A stretch of DNA of 64,000 nucleotides from the NCBI GenBank assembly GCA_951406725.2, contig OX597825.1, forward strand, positions 76,508,001-76,572,000, read 5' to 3'. Numbering within the stretch: position 1 is the stretch's first letter; the number at the start of each line of letters is the position of its first letter. A program made the translations under genes and the position numbers. The notes beneath the pieces were generated by a model, which was given only the letters and a program-made list of their open reading frames with translations, made no database searches and was not told where the DNA came from. This document shows positions 28,660 to 43,053 of the stretch, piece after piece. The DNA is from Octopus vulgaris (Eukaryota).

Positions 28660-29708
28660 CGGGACCAAATATGACACTAAAAAGGGAATCTTCATGTATA
28701 TCTTATATTAAATTATTTATCCCTTTCCCATAAACTGCATTGAATTCAAATAAAATTTATAGTCAACACATTTTATCTAACCTTTACCAGGTGTTTATGT
28801 ATATATGTACATGTGTGTATGTATATATCTATATCTATCTATCTATCTATTTAATTTATATTTATGGATTTATGGGTCACCCTTCTCTCTTTCTTATTAA
28901 TATTATTATTAATATTACTTAACATGTTTATTTACATGAAATATGTTCTTAATTCTTCATATATTATTAATTTATCAGATGTATGCTCTTGATTCCACAT
29001 ATATCATGTAAAATACTCTTTGGTTTAAACCTGTATACTTCTTTATTACTTATCTCTTACCTTAATCTCTATTGATTAAGGTGTGCCAAAAGAGTGACCA
29101 GCAGCCATTACGAAGAATTGAACTCTGTACCTCTTAAATTCCAGCTGAGTGCTCCGTACCATTGAACTAAATGAACTTTGACTAACTTTTAGATGGAAAG
29201 GACTGACAGTGGCTTCTAAGTTTCAACATGCTCAGCTTCATCAGTCTTAGGAAAGCAAACAGCTCAAACTTTGAAGTCCCTATCAACATTTTTTCCTTGT
29301 GAAACTTAATAAATGTGTGCGTGTGAGTGTGTGTGTGTAAATACACACACACACACACTGGTAATCTTGAAGCCAGAGTAGCAGGAGTTATCTCCCACTT
29401 GCAATAAATTATCAGGAGTGAGAAGCGCATTGAATAAACCAGCTTGTGGAGGAGATGTCTTCCTGGGGTTAAATGGCAATATCATCGCCACACTAAAATG
29501 GCTGGTGCTCCAGCATGGCTACAATGTTAATGGCTGAAACAAATAAAAGATAAAAGATGAATATATTCTCTACAATGAGATAGTACTGAGTAATCCTTCA
29601 GTTTAATGTTAAACTGTTTTTATATGTAACATAACGTAAAAACAAACATTTTGCATACATTTGTACGTATGTATAATACATACACACATATGTATATGAA
29701 TATATATA

Positions 29709-29796
<88 letters not shown>

Positions 29797-30062
29797 TGCA
29801 GAGTGATTGGTGTTCGTAAGGGCATCCAGCAGTTAAAATCCTGCCAAAACAGTCACAGAAGTCCGGTGCTGGCTTCGGCTTTGGCCGGCTCTTGTGGTAC
29901 CGTCTAACCCAAGCTAGTATGGAACACAAAACTCCGTCAGTGAACAGGTCGCGGTCTCAATGCGACGAAAATATTTTGACAGATTAAATTTAAATGTTGA
30001 AGTGAATCTAACGGTTTTTGTGTGTTTCTTAAATGGCTTATAAACACCTTCCACGCTGCAAT

Positions 30063-30102
<40 letters not shown>

Positions 30103-30758
30103 CTTTACTTGTATTAACCATTAGACTGCCGCCATGATGGGCACTATCTTCAAGGGTTTAGTCGAACAAATCAACCCCAGTTCTTAAGTACTCATTTGAT
30201 TGTTTCTTTATGCCAGACCGTTATGTTACAGGCATGTAAACACACCCCCACTAATCGTAAAGCGGTAGGAGAGGGCCAAACATGGATATTCGAATTGCTT
30301 TAAAAAGAGTCGGCTTTCATACTGGCAGATTTGTAAGTAAATATCCAATTATTGTTCTTTGTAATCGGGGAATATCTTTTAGATGACAAATGTTTATCAA
30401 CGACAACAGAACATATGAACAAAATCGTCGATCAATTGATGCAAGGGAAGTAACTCTTCATACAATTAGAAATAACAAATTATCTTCCTTTAATTCTGTA
30501 CGTACTTGATTATCGCCGAAAGTGATAATATATATTGGAAATAGTGAATTATGACCATTTAGATGACAATAACCGGCCAATAATATTGGTTTCAGTTTTT
30601 GGCACAAGGCCAGCAGAGTTGCTTACGTTAACCCCAGTGCACAACCGAATTTGAAAGAATGAAAGGCAAAGTCGAACTCAGAACAAAATCAGAATAAATG
30701 TTGCTAAGCATTTTGTCCGGTACGGTGACGATTCTGCCCTCAGCTGGCTGATAATATT

Positions 30759-30990
30759 AAGGGAAAGTTTACGAAAATAAACAAAAGACGAAGGCAGGAG
30801 GAGTACAAACAAACAAATGTATTAGTATAGCGCTCAGGAATAGAAAAAGTCTTTTACGTTTCGAGTCTACGCTCTTCGACAGAAAGATACACAGAAAAAA
30901 AACAAGAAGAGAAACAAGGACAGAAAAAAAAGAAGAGAAAAAAAACAAGGAGAGAAAAAAATGCGTGTAGGAGCTAACGATCTATCATGG
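30759..30990 (-). mobile_element. ~220-bp short element carrying a variant minimal hammerhead (copy 1)
   Basis: Reverse complement of 50309-50521. Motif at 30851-30886: CTTT CTGTCGA A GAGC-GTAG-ACTC GAAAC GTA AAAG. Confidence 0.65.
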
Positions 30991-31414
30991 CGTCCTAGTA
31001 AAGATGAAAAGGTGGCGAGCTGGTAGAATTGTTAAGACATCGGGCAAAATGCTTAGCGGCATTTTGTCCGTCTATACGTTGTGAGCTCAAATTCCGCCGA
31101 GGTCGACTTTATATTTCATCCTTTGGGAGTCGATAAAATAAGTACCAGTGGAAAAATGGGGACGTGTAATCGACTTCTCTCTCCACGAAAATGGTGCGCC
31201 TTGTGCCAAAATTTGAAACAAATTTCAAGTAGAGACATAACATGTTTGGTACACATGAATTTTGATATCACAAATTATTTCATAACGTTACTGGTGATTG
31301 TAATAAGCGGCTTCTACTTTATATACTTAAAAAACTTTCTTGGTTCAATCATGCTGGGATACCGCATTTAAAAAAATTTTGTGAATCATATAGACCTTAA
31401 TAGTTACTTTAAAT

Positions 31415-31504
<90 letters not shown>

Positions 31505-31542
31505 CATACATACATACATACATACATACATACATACATACA

Positions 31543-31864
31543 TCACCATCATCATCATTGTTCGACCGTGCTCGAGACAATGGAATTTACCATCCTACGC
31601 CAGACTTCACGGTCTATCATAGCATTACGGAGGTCCTGTTGCTGGATGCCTGTATCCCTGGAGATTACATCAGGGTAGGAGAGTGTGCGCCCACTGGTAT
31701 TGCGAGTAGATGGCTTCCAGAGGAGGAGAGTAGAAATTACCTCTTTTTCAACTCTACAACAATATCCAACAAACTGGACTCTCCTACCTTTTACAAGAGA
31801 TGACACAGGTGGTAGTTTCCTATATATTTGCATTTTGGTTGGATGACGCTTCCACGAGAGATTT

Positions 31865-31865
<1 letters not shown>
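31543..31865 (-). mobile_element. RTE-like LINE 3' end
   Basis: [21 protein letters not shown]...DREVWRRMV then stop and (TGA)n tail. Confidence 0.72.
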
Positions 31866-31910
<45 letters not shown>

Positions 31911-32342
31911 ACACACACATCTTATCTAACTCTAATTTTCGAACTGCAAAGTTACAAAACGTGAACAAAGAGCGCACTGGTTTTTCCACGCATTATTAGC
32001 GAAAACACATACACACATATATATACACTTGCACATACATGCATACATCCATACGTATATATGTATTCGTACATGCATGCATATATACACATATATACAT
32101 ATATACATATATGCTAGGAAATATGATTACACGAAAGCTTCGAGTTCAGTCCACATAAAAGGTAATATTTCCAAAACAGTAGGAGGATACGTTGTAGTCA
32201 TGACCTAGGTGAGCCCAGCTCCCCTTAGAGTGTCAGGAACTATTGGACTGAAAGGTTAGCTTGATAGGAGTTCTTCTGAAGGCTTCTTTTGATGTCCGTT
32301 CGTCCGGTAGCGAGTTTCCGCTTAGCACACAAGCATAAACAC

Positions 32343-32373
<31 letters not shown>

Positions 32374-32589
32374 CATACATACATACATGCATACATACGT
32401 ACATACATACATACATACATACATACATACATACACACACACATACATACATACATACATACATACATACATACATACAAACACACATACATGCATGCAT
32501 GCATGCATGCATACATACACACACATACATACATACATACACATTTATACGTAGACGCATACACACGCATACACATACTTACATGCATC

Positions 32590-32870
32590 CTACATGTGGC
32601 TTTGTCCTGAACGGGAGATGATTTCTCCGTAGAACTAACAAGCCATAAGTTTCTGAAAATTGTCCCTAATCTCCAGAGTGAAAGTCTTCAACAGGAGACT
32701 GCTCAAACTCTCCCCGTCGACTTCAAGAATCGTGCGCATGCCTGGAAACGATTCTTGGAGTCGTACCCTATTTGCCTTTCTTTTGACTGTATCGTCCAGC
32801 TTGTAGAGTTCCGTGGGGGGCCTAATATCATTCCACATGCCAAACGCCTATTCTTGACTTATGACTGATT
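32590..32870 (-). mobile_element. L1/Tx1-like LINE fragment, highly decayed
   Basis: LLLKTF...DNFQKLMA...LPVQDK resembles the post-RT region of Tx1-type elements (from memory). Confidence 0.35.
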
Positions 32871-34062
32871 TAAGACAGTGCCTCAATCAAGGCGACGTGT
32901 TACAGAAACATGTGTCACCCCAAACTCCTCCACAGATGTTCGCCGTCATCGTCGTTGTCGCTGACGTAGTCGCAGAGGTCTGGGAATATCAACTCGTGCT
33001 TTAACCTCAAAGTTATAGCTATGACGTCACATTGTTGCATTTAAGACGTTCTAGTTTTGTTCCCTCTGTGTTGTGTTGTATGCATACAATCAGACAAGCT
33101 CTTGTTTCCACTCCATTCTTCGAGGTGTTTAATCTATAAACGTCTTTGATGGCCTCTTGCTCTCCTCCCCTACACACTTACTGCCGGGATGGTCTTAGGG
33201 AATAACTCATGGCACATTTCTTTATTTGCAATTTTAATAAACTGAATCGAATTAGTGAATTATTGTAGATAATTCCATCGCTGTTTATTGGGAAATTTCT
33301 GTGAACTGGCGAAAGTACTTTATTTCGTACATAGTGAATTTTCTAATCACCAAAACACGATCATATAAATTATATATAAAGATCCATTTTTTTCATTAAT
33401 TTCATTAGTAATATTCTCCCCCTTTGCTTGATCACCCAACCTACTTTCTTGTTAAATTAACGCATAAGTGGCTGAGTATCCCACAGACATGGGTACCGTT
33501 CATGCAAGTCTCAGGCTGACAAGGCTAGACTTTTGAATTACAGGTACAATTCACCTGGCGTGCTTCCACACAGTTTCCATCTACCCGATTCCATTCACAA
33601 GGTACGAGCCGACCTGAGGTTATAAAAATGAATTATAGGTATAATCTATCCGACAATTTCATTCACAAGGCGTTGGTCAACCTCGATGGTAAAGTAAAAG
33701 ACACGTGACTAAACTGTTACACTTTGGAAACGAACCCCGGACCTCACGATCAAAGAGGGCGTCTTAATCACTCAGCAATGCATTTCAAATTGTTCCTCGT
33801 CTAAAGGAGTACACAACAAAATACCTTTTTAAGGGTTCTCCTATCTCATACGCCTTGCACACGGTGTCTGTGCAAGCGGTGTATGTGCGTGCGTGTATGT
33901 GTGCGGTATGTGCGTGCGTGTGTGTGTGTGCGTATGGACGGGGCTGTTACCAAGTCCTGATCAAGATGGTGGTGGTGGTGGCGGCTATTGTGGTGGTGGT
34001 GGTGGTGATGATGATGAATAAGAATAGCGTTGGTGGTATAGTGGTAGAGTAATATTCGTGTC

Positions 34063-34094
<32 letters not shown>

Positions 34095-34387
34095 CAATGA
34101 TAACGACGATCACAACGATGATGATAACGATGATGATGGTGAGAATGATGATGAGTAAGATGATGATGTTGATGGTGAGGCTGCAGCTGCTGCTGCTGCT
34201 GCTGATGATGATGATGATGACGATGATGGCTGTGCTGATGTGAATGTTGTCCAATTATCTCTTGTTAACTACATCACCAGCTGGTCCCGTCTTCCCCGAC
34301 GTTTCCTGCCCCTTAAATGCTACAATGTGACGCCATAGCTATAAATATGGCGATGTGGTGGCGGTGAGGGTGAGTAATATGGGGTAG

Positions 34388-34436
<49 letters not shown>

Positions 34437-34920
34437 AGAAATAGTGAGAATGGTGGTAATGGTGGTGGTGGTGGTTGTTATGGGTTGTTAGGGTGGAGGT
34501 AGTTAGAGGGAGGTGATGGTGATGGTGATTAGGCTTGTGGTGGTGGTGGTGCAGAAGAGAGAAAGAGAGAGAGAAAAAGAAAGGGAGAGAGAGAGAGAAA
34601 TGTAGAAGAGGCTGAGTAAATGAGAGGAGAAGAGAAACAGAAATAGAAAAAAAGAGGAAAGAACGAGCAAGGTAGAGGAATTAAGGAGAGAGAAAGTGGG
34701 TAAGAGTGTGAGAAAGAGTATGCCAGAAAGAGAGAGGAGGGTCTAAGAGAAGATAAGAGGGAGAGAGGGAGCGATCACATGATGTCACGTGATCACTGCC
34801 CTCGGTCATATTTTCCATTATTTTTCGTCTTTCATTGATAAAACGAGGTTTGTTCATGTTGCTGTTTAGCCCTAGGTCAAATTTGACCCAGTTGACCTAT
34901 GATGATCAAGAACGTTTCAT

Positions 34921-34960
<40 letters not shown>

Positions 34961-34969
34961 AATATATAT

Positions 34970-35375
34970 ATTCTCTTGTAGTTGTTTCAGTCATTTGACT
35001 GCAGCCATGCTGGAGCATCGCCTTTAGTCGAACAAATCGACCCCCAGGACTTATTCTTTGTAAACCTGGTACTCATCTATTGGTCACTTTTGCCGAACCG
35101 CTAGGTTACGGGGACATAAGCACACCAGCATCGGTTGTTAAGCGATGGTGGACAAATATAGATACACAAATACATACATACATGCATACACACACACACA
35201 CACACACACATATGTATATATATACTCACAACGGGCTTCTTTCAGTTTCCGTCAACCAAATCCACTCACAAGCCGGCCTGAGGCTATAATAGAAGACACT
35301 ACCCGAAGGTGCCACGTAGTGGAACTGAACCTAGAACCATGTGATTTGGAAGCAAACTTCTTACCACACAGCCAA
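34970..35375 (-). mobile_element. tRNA-derived SINE (family 1)
   Basis: Reverse complement of the 10006/16044 family. Confidence 0.8.
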
Positions 35376-35380
35376 TCTTG

Positions 35381-35445
<65 letters not shown>

Positions 35446-35726
35446 ATATATGCATATAAATTAGAAAAAACCCCCACCTTTTATCCATTCTAACAATGAA
35501 ATAATTAAATTATACCATGTAGAAAAAAAAAAAATATAGAATAAAAACATATACTAATGATTAAGTAATGTACAAAATAATAAATAAAAAGTATATAATT
35601 GGTAAAATGACTACAAGACGACTTTATTTGTTTTCAAAGATGGTACAATTAAATGTAATTTGGAGGAAACTTGGTAGCTATTTCTGGCGGGCCATTTGAC
35701 CATGTGAAAGCTCTTTGTTTCTTCTG

Positions 35727-35824
<98 letters not shown>

Positions 35825-36029
35825 ACAGGATTCTACGAATAACAGCTTAGATTGACATTGAAATTATTGCCAGCTATGCATTTGAGAGATTTAGCTTCAT
35901 TAGAGTAAAGGACAATAAGAAATCTTAGAACAAGAAATAGCAGAGTTACCTAAACACAACAACTGCGGCAGGAGTTGAGAGGTCAGTCGAGAGGAGGTCA
36001 GTGAAGAAGGATGCTTGATATTTTGATAA

Positions 36030-36560
36030 TTCTTTACAGAGCAGAAGGCGAAGTAAAGAAAAAAACCCAAGAAGCGGACTCTTTGATTTCCATTCCCTTC
36101 GGAGTCACTAAGAAGCTGTTTGGTGATAAGCGAAGCGGTAGCTTCGAGTGCTGAGCAGAAATAAGCGTCGTTCTTCGCAATACGTAGAGCGACCCTGCAA
36201 GACAGAAGGAGCTTGGCAAAAACAAGATCATGATAAACCCAGCCCCTCGAAATACTGAGTTTGCCATGAGTATTGGATAAGAGGTATACCGAGGGATTTT
36301 GGTTTACTAAGAAAGGAAAACTTTAAGAAGACAGAGTTGTTCAGGAACATCTCAATACTCAGAATAGAAGCCGTCATACTTTTAAAAGTATTTTGTGCCT
36401 ACCTTTGACTAAGTCCCGCCCAGAGAACTAAATATTGGATGTTTTGTTCTGAATGGTGGAATCTCTAGAACAGCTGGGTTATATAAAAGAGGAAGTCACT
36501 TAATTCTTAAGAGAATAAAAAAAAAAAAAATAAAAAAAAAAATAAAGGCAAGAGAGATCT
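36030..36560 (+). mobile_element. HERO-like (R2 superfamily) non-LTR fragment
   Basis: PFGVTKKLFGDKRSG...SDPARQKELG...INP, then FRNISIL, as in the HERO pre-RT and RT0-1 region; stops present. Confidence 0.55.
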
Positions 36561-36686
36561 GGTTGAACTTTATAAGCTCCTTCGGATCAATGCTGATAGA
36601 AGAGGCCCTTGCGTGTTAATTTCACGAGCTGGCTGTTCCGTTGATCCCTCATCGTCGGAACCGACGGAGTGCTTATATATAATAAA

Positions 36687-37077
36687 CTAGCAGTATCGCC
36701 CGGCGTTGCTCGGGTTTGCAAGGGAAATAACTATATAAGTATTTTTAGAGATGTAAAGTATAATAGCCATCTCAATATGGCTAACCACAAGGGGGGTGGT
36801 GTTACTGTAGCTTTTTACGTTCTGAGATTTAATAATACATTTTTAGCGAGTTACTTCCCTTATATATGTCAAAAATGAATTAAAAATGGGAAAAATTGAT
36901 GGTAAATTATTTTTAAAATCGTAGACTCATCGTAGACGCGCGCTAATACCCAGAAGGGCTCGATATAAATCACGACTATAAGATATCCGCTTTTGGTTAA
37001 ACTTCACCGCAAAATGTGGGAGTAAGGAATCTAAATCGTAGGAGACAGACACACAACCTTACTTTTATATATAAAGA
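36687..37077 (-). mobile_element. Non-autonomous Helitron, family A copy 3
   Basis: Reverse complement of 16741-17137 with TC and CTAG ends. Confidence 0.88.
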
Positions 37078-37646
37078 TAACAACACACAAATAATGAATA
37101 ATAAATTTCTGAACAAAATTTGTGATGGCTATTTTCACTTTATTACCATAACATCGTACGATTCGTCTAGCATTTTAAGGGTCCGCGATGAAAGAAATTT
37201 GAAAGCCATTGCCTTGCTGTTTGTGTTGTAAGGAGTATGTCGCCATACTGAGAATAGGTTGTATAAGCTGTGTGTTACCTGCAGCGCGAAGCTGTACACT
37301 TGTTCAAGGACATAATGCACCGCCCGACACGGGAATCGCACCCGCAATATTACGATTGCGAACCGAACACCGCAAATCATTAGGCCACCCGCATTCGCGT
37401 GTGCGCCGACACACACACACACACACACACATTTAAAAGCATATGCATGAAATGTATGTTTATGTAAATGTGTACATGTGTGCATGTGTAAATGTGTGCA
37501 TGTGTAAATGTGCATGTATATGAGCGTGGTGTGTGTGTGTGAAGGTCGCATTGTCGTATTTCGCATACAGATATACATACATGCAAACATACGTAAATAC
37601 ATATATGCATATCTCTTTGAAAGTATGTACTTGTGTGTGTATGTGT

Positions 37647-37687
<41 letters not shown>

Positions 37688-38024
37688 AGTGTGTGTTTGT
37701 GTGTGTGTGTGAAGCTAGTATTGTACATTTTAAACAAATGTTGACTATTTGATAGATGGGGAAAAAACAGTTTTCTAAAGCTAAATATAGTTTAGCAAAT
37801 GCTAAATTAGTCTTACGCCATATTGTTTATGTATATATACATTATATACATACTGTAAATGCAACCATGCATGTATATATAGACATTCCACACCGGCTCT
37901 CTCTCTTTCTCTCCCCCTCTCTCTCTCATACACACATATTTTCTCTCTCTCTCTCTCTCATTCACATATAAAGACAAACATTCTCAAGTATGTTGCACAT
38001 TGGCTGGTTCGTTCACGCATCCAG

Positions 38025-38090
<66 letters not shown>

Positions 38091-38099
38091 CATCTATCC

Positions 38100-38152
<53 letters not shown>

Positions 38153-38237
38153 GCTATCTATCTGCCTGTCTGTCTGTCTGTCTGTCAATCTATTTACCTA
38201 CCTACCTACCAGTCTATCTGTCTGTTTGTCTATCTAT

Positions 38238-38466
38238 TTCTTTACTACCCACAAGGGGCTAAACACAGAGAGGACCATCAATGACAGACAAACGGATTAA
38301 GTCGATTATATCGACCTCAGTGCGTAACTGGTACTTAATTTATCGACCCCGAAAGGATGAAAGGCAAAGTCGACCTCGGTGGAATTCGAACTTAGAACGT
38401 AACGGCAGACGAAATACTGCTAAGCATTTCGCCCGGCGTGCTAACGTTTCTGCCAGCTCGCCGCCT
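38238..38466 (-). mobile_element. SINE family 2 (Meta-domain-like core)
   Basis: Reverse complement of GGCGGCGAGCTGGCAGAAACGTTAGC...GCCTTTCATCCTTTCGGGGTCGATAAA; further copies at ~31012, ~39325, ~48887, ~51318 and ~54470. Confidence 0.8.
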
Positions 38467-39183
38467 TTTGTTTGTCTATATGTCCATCCATCAATCCATC
38501 AGCCTGTCTGTCTGTCCACCCATCAATCAATCTGCCTGTCTGACTGCCTGTCAATCTATCTGTTTATCAGCAAGAAACGTTAACAACAGTAATATATGAA
38601 AACAATAAAAAATATGCAAAACAATACTAATGTATACATACATGCATATATACATGCAACGTACGAATGAAAACATAGATTCATACACACACACACTGCT
38701 ATGTAAACACACATACAAGAATACATTGTGAATTCCCTTGTCGAAGACGACAACTGAGGATTCCTCAATTTCTTGTTGAACAACCTTCACGGATGATTTC
38801 TTTTTAGTGATCTGTGCTGAACATTAACTGACGCTTTCCAACGAATAATCGACATTATCTGAACAGCGGCACGGTGTTCCCGCCACACGTCAGATGTCTA
38901 AGTGATCACTGAGCAACGTGAAGAAATGAAGTATTTTGCTCAAGAGCACAGCCATCCGGGAATCGAAAGCAGGATCTGGCGATCGTGAATAATAACAGCA
39001 TAACCATTAATAATAACTTAATGACAAACAGGAAAATAGTCTGTACTCTTCCTCCACCTCTCACTCCCTCCTTTCTTACAGTATTTTTCTTCACAATACA
39101 CATAAACACACACATATAAAACGGATGAATATATAAATACATACAGCCATACATTCATACACATGTATGTATAAACGTATTCG

Positions 39184-39219
<36 letters not shown>

Positions 39220-39628
39220 CATACATATACAGCATATATGTGAATATATGAATGAATACACACACACACACACACACGCTCATATACATGTACACACACA
39301 CGCGCGCATGCATACATATATTTATTTCTTTATTGCCCACAGGGGGCTAAACATAGAGGGGACAAACAAGGACAGACAAAGGCATTAAGTCGATTACATC
39401 GACCCCAGTACGTAACTAATACTTATTTAATCGACCCCGAAAGGATGAAAGGCAAGGTCGACCTCGGCGGAATTTGAACTCACAACGTAACGGCAGACGA
39501 AATACTGCTAAGCATTTCTCCCGGCGTGCTAACGTTTCTGCCAGCTCGCTGCCCTATACATACATGTATATATTACTGCTCTAATATTTTAGAGTGGGCT
39601 TCTTTTTTGTATATATGAACTACTGACA

Positions 39629-39659
<31 letters not shown>

Positions 39660-39689
39660 TGTATGTATGTATGTATGTATGTATATATT

Positions 39690-40479
39690 CTGCCCATATG
39701 TCTGTGTACACCTTTCAATGCAATGTATACCAGAAGGTTTGCAAATCAAACGGAGGCCTCAACCCCCCCCTCACAAAATGAAACCAGCTGTTCATGCAAG
39801 GATAATAATTTGTGCCCGCTGAATGGAGCTTGTATGTCCGAAACCATCATTTATGAAGCTACCGTAGACTCTACAACCACTAAGGACACAGTTTCGACAA
39901 AGAAATATGTGGGAATTTTAAGGCAAGGTTCAACAATCACACCTTGAGCTTCAGGCACTGGGATAAAAGAAAAATGACCAAATTATCCAGTCATATATGG
40001 TCCTTAAAAAATAAAGTTGTCAGTTACAACATCCACTGGAAGATCTTAGCCAAGTGTAAGCCTTACACCAACGGCAGTGGAAAGTGCGGTTTTTGTGATA
40101 TGGAAAGATGGCTCATCTGGAAAAGCAGCTTAGACCCCGCTACATGTTTAAATTCAAGAACTGAACTTTTTGGATCATGTCCACATTCATACTTTTAAAA
40201 ATACTTTTAAAATCGTGTCCGATTTCTATGAGCATTTTTACTTCCTTACTTGTTTACTTTCTCCCCTTCGGTTTTTCCCCTTATTTAACGGTCATTCTAA
40301 TAGCTCTTTGTCTTAATATCGGTCAATTACATAGTAATTTCCCTTCGTTTAACGGTCATTTTCATAGCAATTTTTGATTGCCTCGATAATTGACCAGATG
40401 CCGGAGCAGTTTTCTGACCCAACATCCGAACCTCGGAGTCTTCTTATGGCAACCGAATAATTGTCACATATTATATTAC

Positions 40480-40480
<1 letters not shown>
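39690..40480 (+). mobile_element. Penelope-like element 3' end: Cys-rich GIY-YIG endonuclease (frameshifted) plus 3' non-coding tail
   Basis: CSCKDNNLCPLNGAC, IIYEATV...KYVG, FKARFNNH, LSSHIW, CGFC and LNSRTELFGSCPH; lies between (TATG)n and (TA)n. Confidence 0.85.
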
Positions 40481-40551
<71 letters not shown>

Positions 40552-41173
40552 ATATATACGCACACAAATGAGCATAGATGCATACATATACATATTTAGA
40601 TAGGCCCACCCATAAATGCACACACATATATGCATAAACATACGCGCACACACACATATATAAATATACACACAGCCCCACATACGCAGCCGCCATTCCA
40701 TTATCCATCCTACCCAGCCCTAACCTATCCTCCTGCCACCCTCCACTCTGCCGCTTCCCCAACAACTCCAACCGCATCCCGTTACTATATGTACATGTAC
40801 ATCATCTATACGTACCTTTCAGTAACGTTTCTTCATTATTTTCTTAGGGATTGAAGAATTCTTTCGAAGAGATGGTGGGGGTAGAGGGGTGGAGAGATGG
40901 AGGGGTGAGGGGATGGAATAAGAGAAAAAGGAAAAACAAATATAGGGAGAGTGTTTTATGTGTGTGTGTGTGTTTACACACACACACACATATATGCGTA
41001 CTTCGTCTTCCTTGTGCCCACCTCTCCGTGCTTCTCTTTCTTATACACACACACACGCACACACAAACACACGCGCACAACCATACACACACAATATTCT
41101 ACTTCTATAATTGTATGTATGTACACAAACACAATCACTCACACACATATCCAATTCATATACTCGTTAGTAC

Positions 41174-41208
<35 letters not shown>

Positions 41209-41261
41209 TATATATATTATATACATACATATATACATACATACGTACATATATACGTACG

Positions 41262-41296
<35 letters not shown>

Positions 41297-41301
41297 ATAT
41301 A

Positions 41302-42614
41302 CCAGGTCATTAAGAATGAAATGTCCGATTTTGAACTGAAAGTTTATTTTTCTTTATCTCAACAAAAAGCCATGCAGTTAATCAAAGTATGCACCTAAAT
41401 TATCAACACAATTTTGCAATTTTATCGACAGCTTATTCATGCCGGCAGCGAAGAATTCATGAGAACAAGAGGTGATGAAATCACGAAAAGCTATTTTTGC
41501 ATCTTCTTCAGATATGAAGTTTTATCCTCGCAAAAAGTTGTCTAATATTCGGAAAACGTGATAGTCAGTTGGTGCAAGGTCTGGATGACAAAGTACTTCC
41601 AAGGTCTGTTCGTGTAACTTGAGTAGCATTCTTTGTGCAACATGTGGTCGAGAATTGTCTTGCTAGAGAATTGGCTTGTCTCTATTGACCAATCTCGGTT
41701 GTTTAATTGCAAGTTCACTAATCCTTTCATCCAACTGGTTGAGGTATATATCCGCTGTAATTGACTTACCAGGTCTCATGAAGCTTTAGTGGATTACACC
41801 AGCACTGGACCACCAAACAGACACTATTAGCTTTTTTTGGTGAATATTCCATTTTATATTGTGTTTTGACACTTCGTCTCTGTCCAACCACCGTGCAGAT
41901 CGCTTGCTATTGTTGAAAAGAATCCATTTTTCACCACACATAACAATACGATGTAAAAATGGTTCGCTTTTATGTCGTGACAGCAAAAAAACAGCAAGTT
42001 TCAAGGCGACGTGTCATTTGATGCTCGTTCAGTTCGTATGGTACCCCGCTGTGCAGCTTCTTTACTTTGCCGATTTGTTTAAAATGGTTTAATACAGTTG
42101 GAATCGAAACATCATACCTTGCTGTTAACTCACGTGTAGTTTGAGATGTATCCGCTTCTACCACAGTTTCAAGCACATTATTATCCACCTTAGACTCAAC
42201 TCTAGCATGGGGCTGATTTTTAAGAGTAAAGTCGCCAGACCGGAAATTCTCAGACCATCGACGTACAGTACGCTCATTGGCCAGATCTTCACAAACACTT
42301 CATTGATGTTTCGATCTGTCTTGGATGCATTGGTTCCACGACGGAACTCATATACATAAACAACACAAACAACAAAAATTCTTTTGACAGATCAAAAGAA
42401 TTTTTTATCTATCCATAGGTTCACAAAAATTGATTTACAAGAAAAAACTCAACAATATAATCAAACACCATGAATTGCATTTCGAAAAGTGATGATGTGA
42501 CTCTTCAATGTTGTAAAAAAAAAAAAAAAAAAACTGTCAGAATAAAACATTTGAGTTAACGACTGTGAAACTTGGCGCATAAGAAAATCGGACACTTCAT
42601 TCTTAATGACTTGA
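41302..42614 (-). mobile_element. Mariner transposon, full length (1.31 kb), dead
   Basis: 31-bp TIRs CCAGGTCATTAAGAATGAAATGTCCGATTTT (3 mismatches) with TA on both sides; remnants VPYEL, RIVMCGEKWI and VSVWWSSAGVIH. Confidence 0.9.
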
Positions 42615-42819
<205 letters not shown>

Positions 42820-42992
42820 GACTGTCTGTCTGTCTGTCTACCTGTCTGTTTATCTATCTACCTGTCTGTCTGTCTTTCTGTCTGTCTGTCTGTCTTTCTG
42901 TCTGTCTGTCTGTCTTTCTGTCTGTCTTTCTGTCTGTCCCTCTGTCTGTCTGTCTATATGTCCGTCTTTCTCTCTGTCTGACTGTCGGTCTG

Positions 42993-43053
<61 letters not shown>

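Noticed and set aside
29100-29175. tRNA-like sequence on the minus strand
   Set aside because: Arms do not pair as a cloverleaf; consistent with a decayed SINE head. No true tRNA or rRNA gene was seen in the window.
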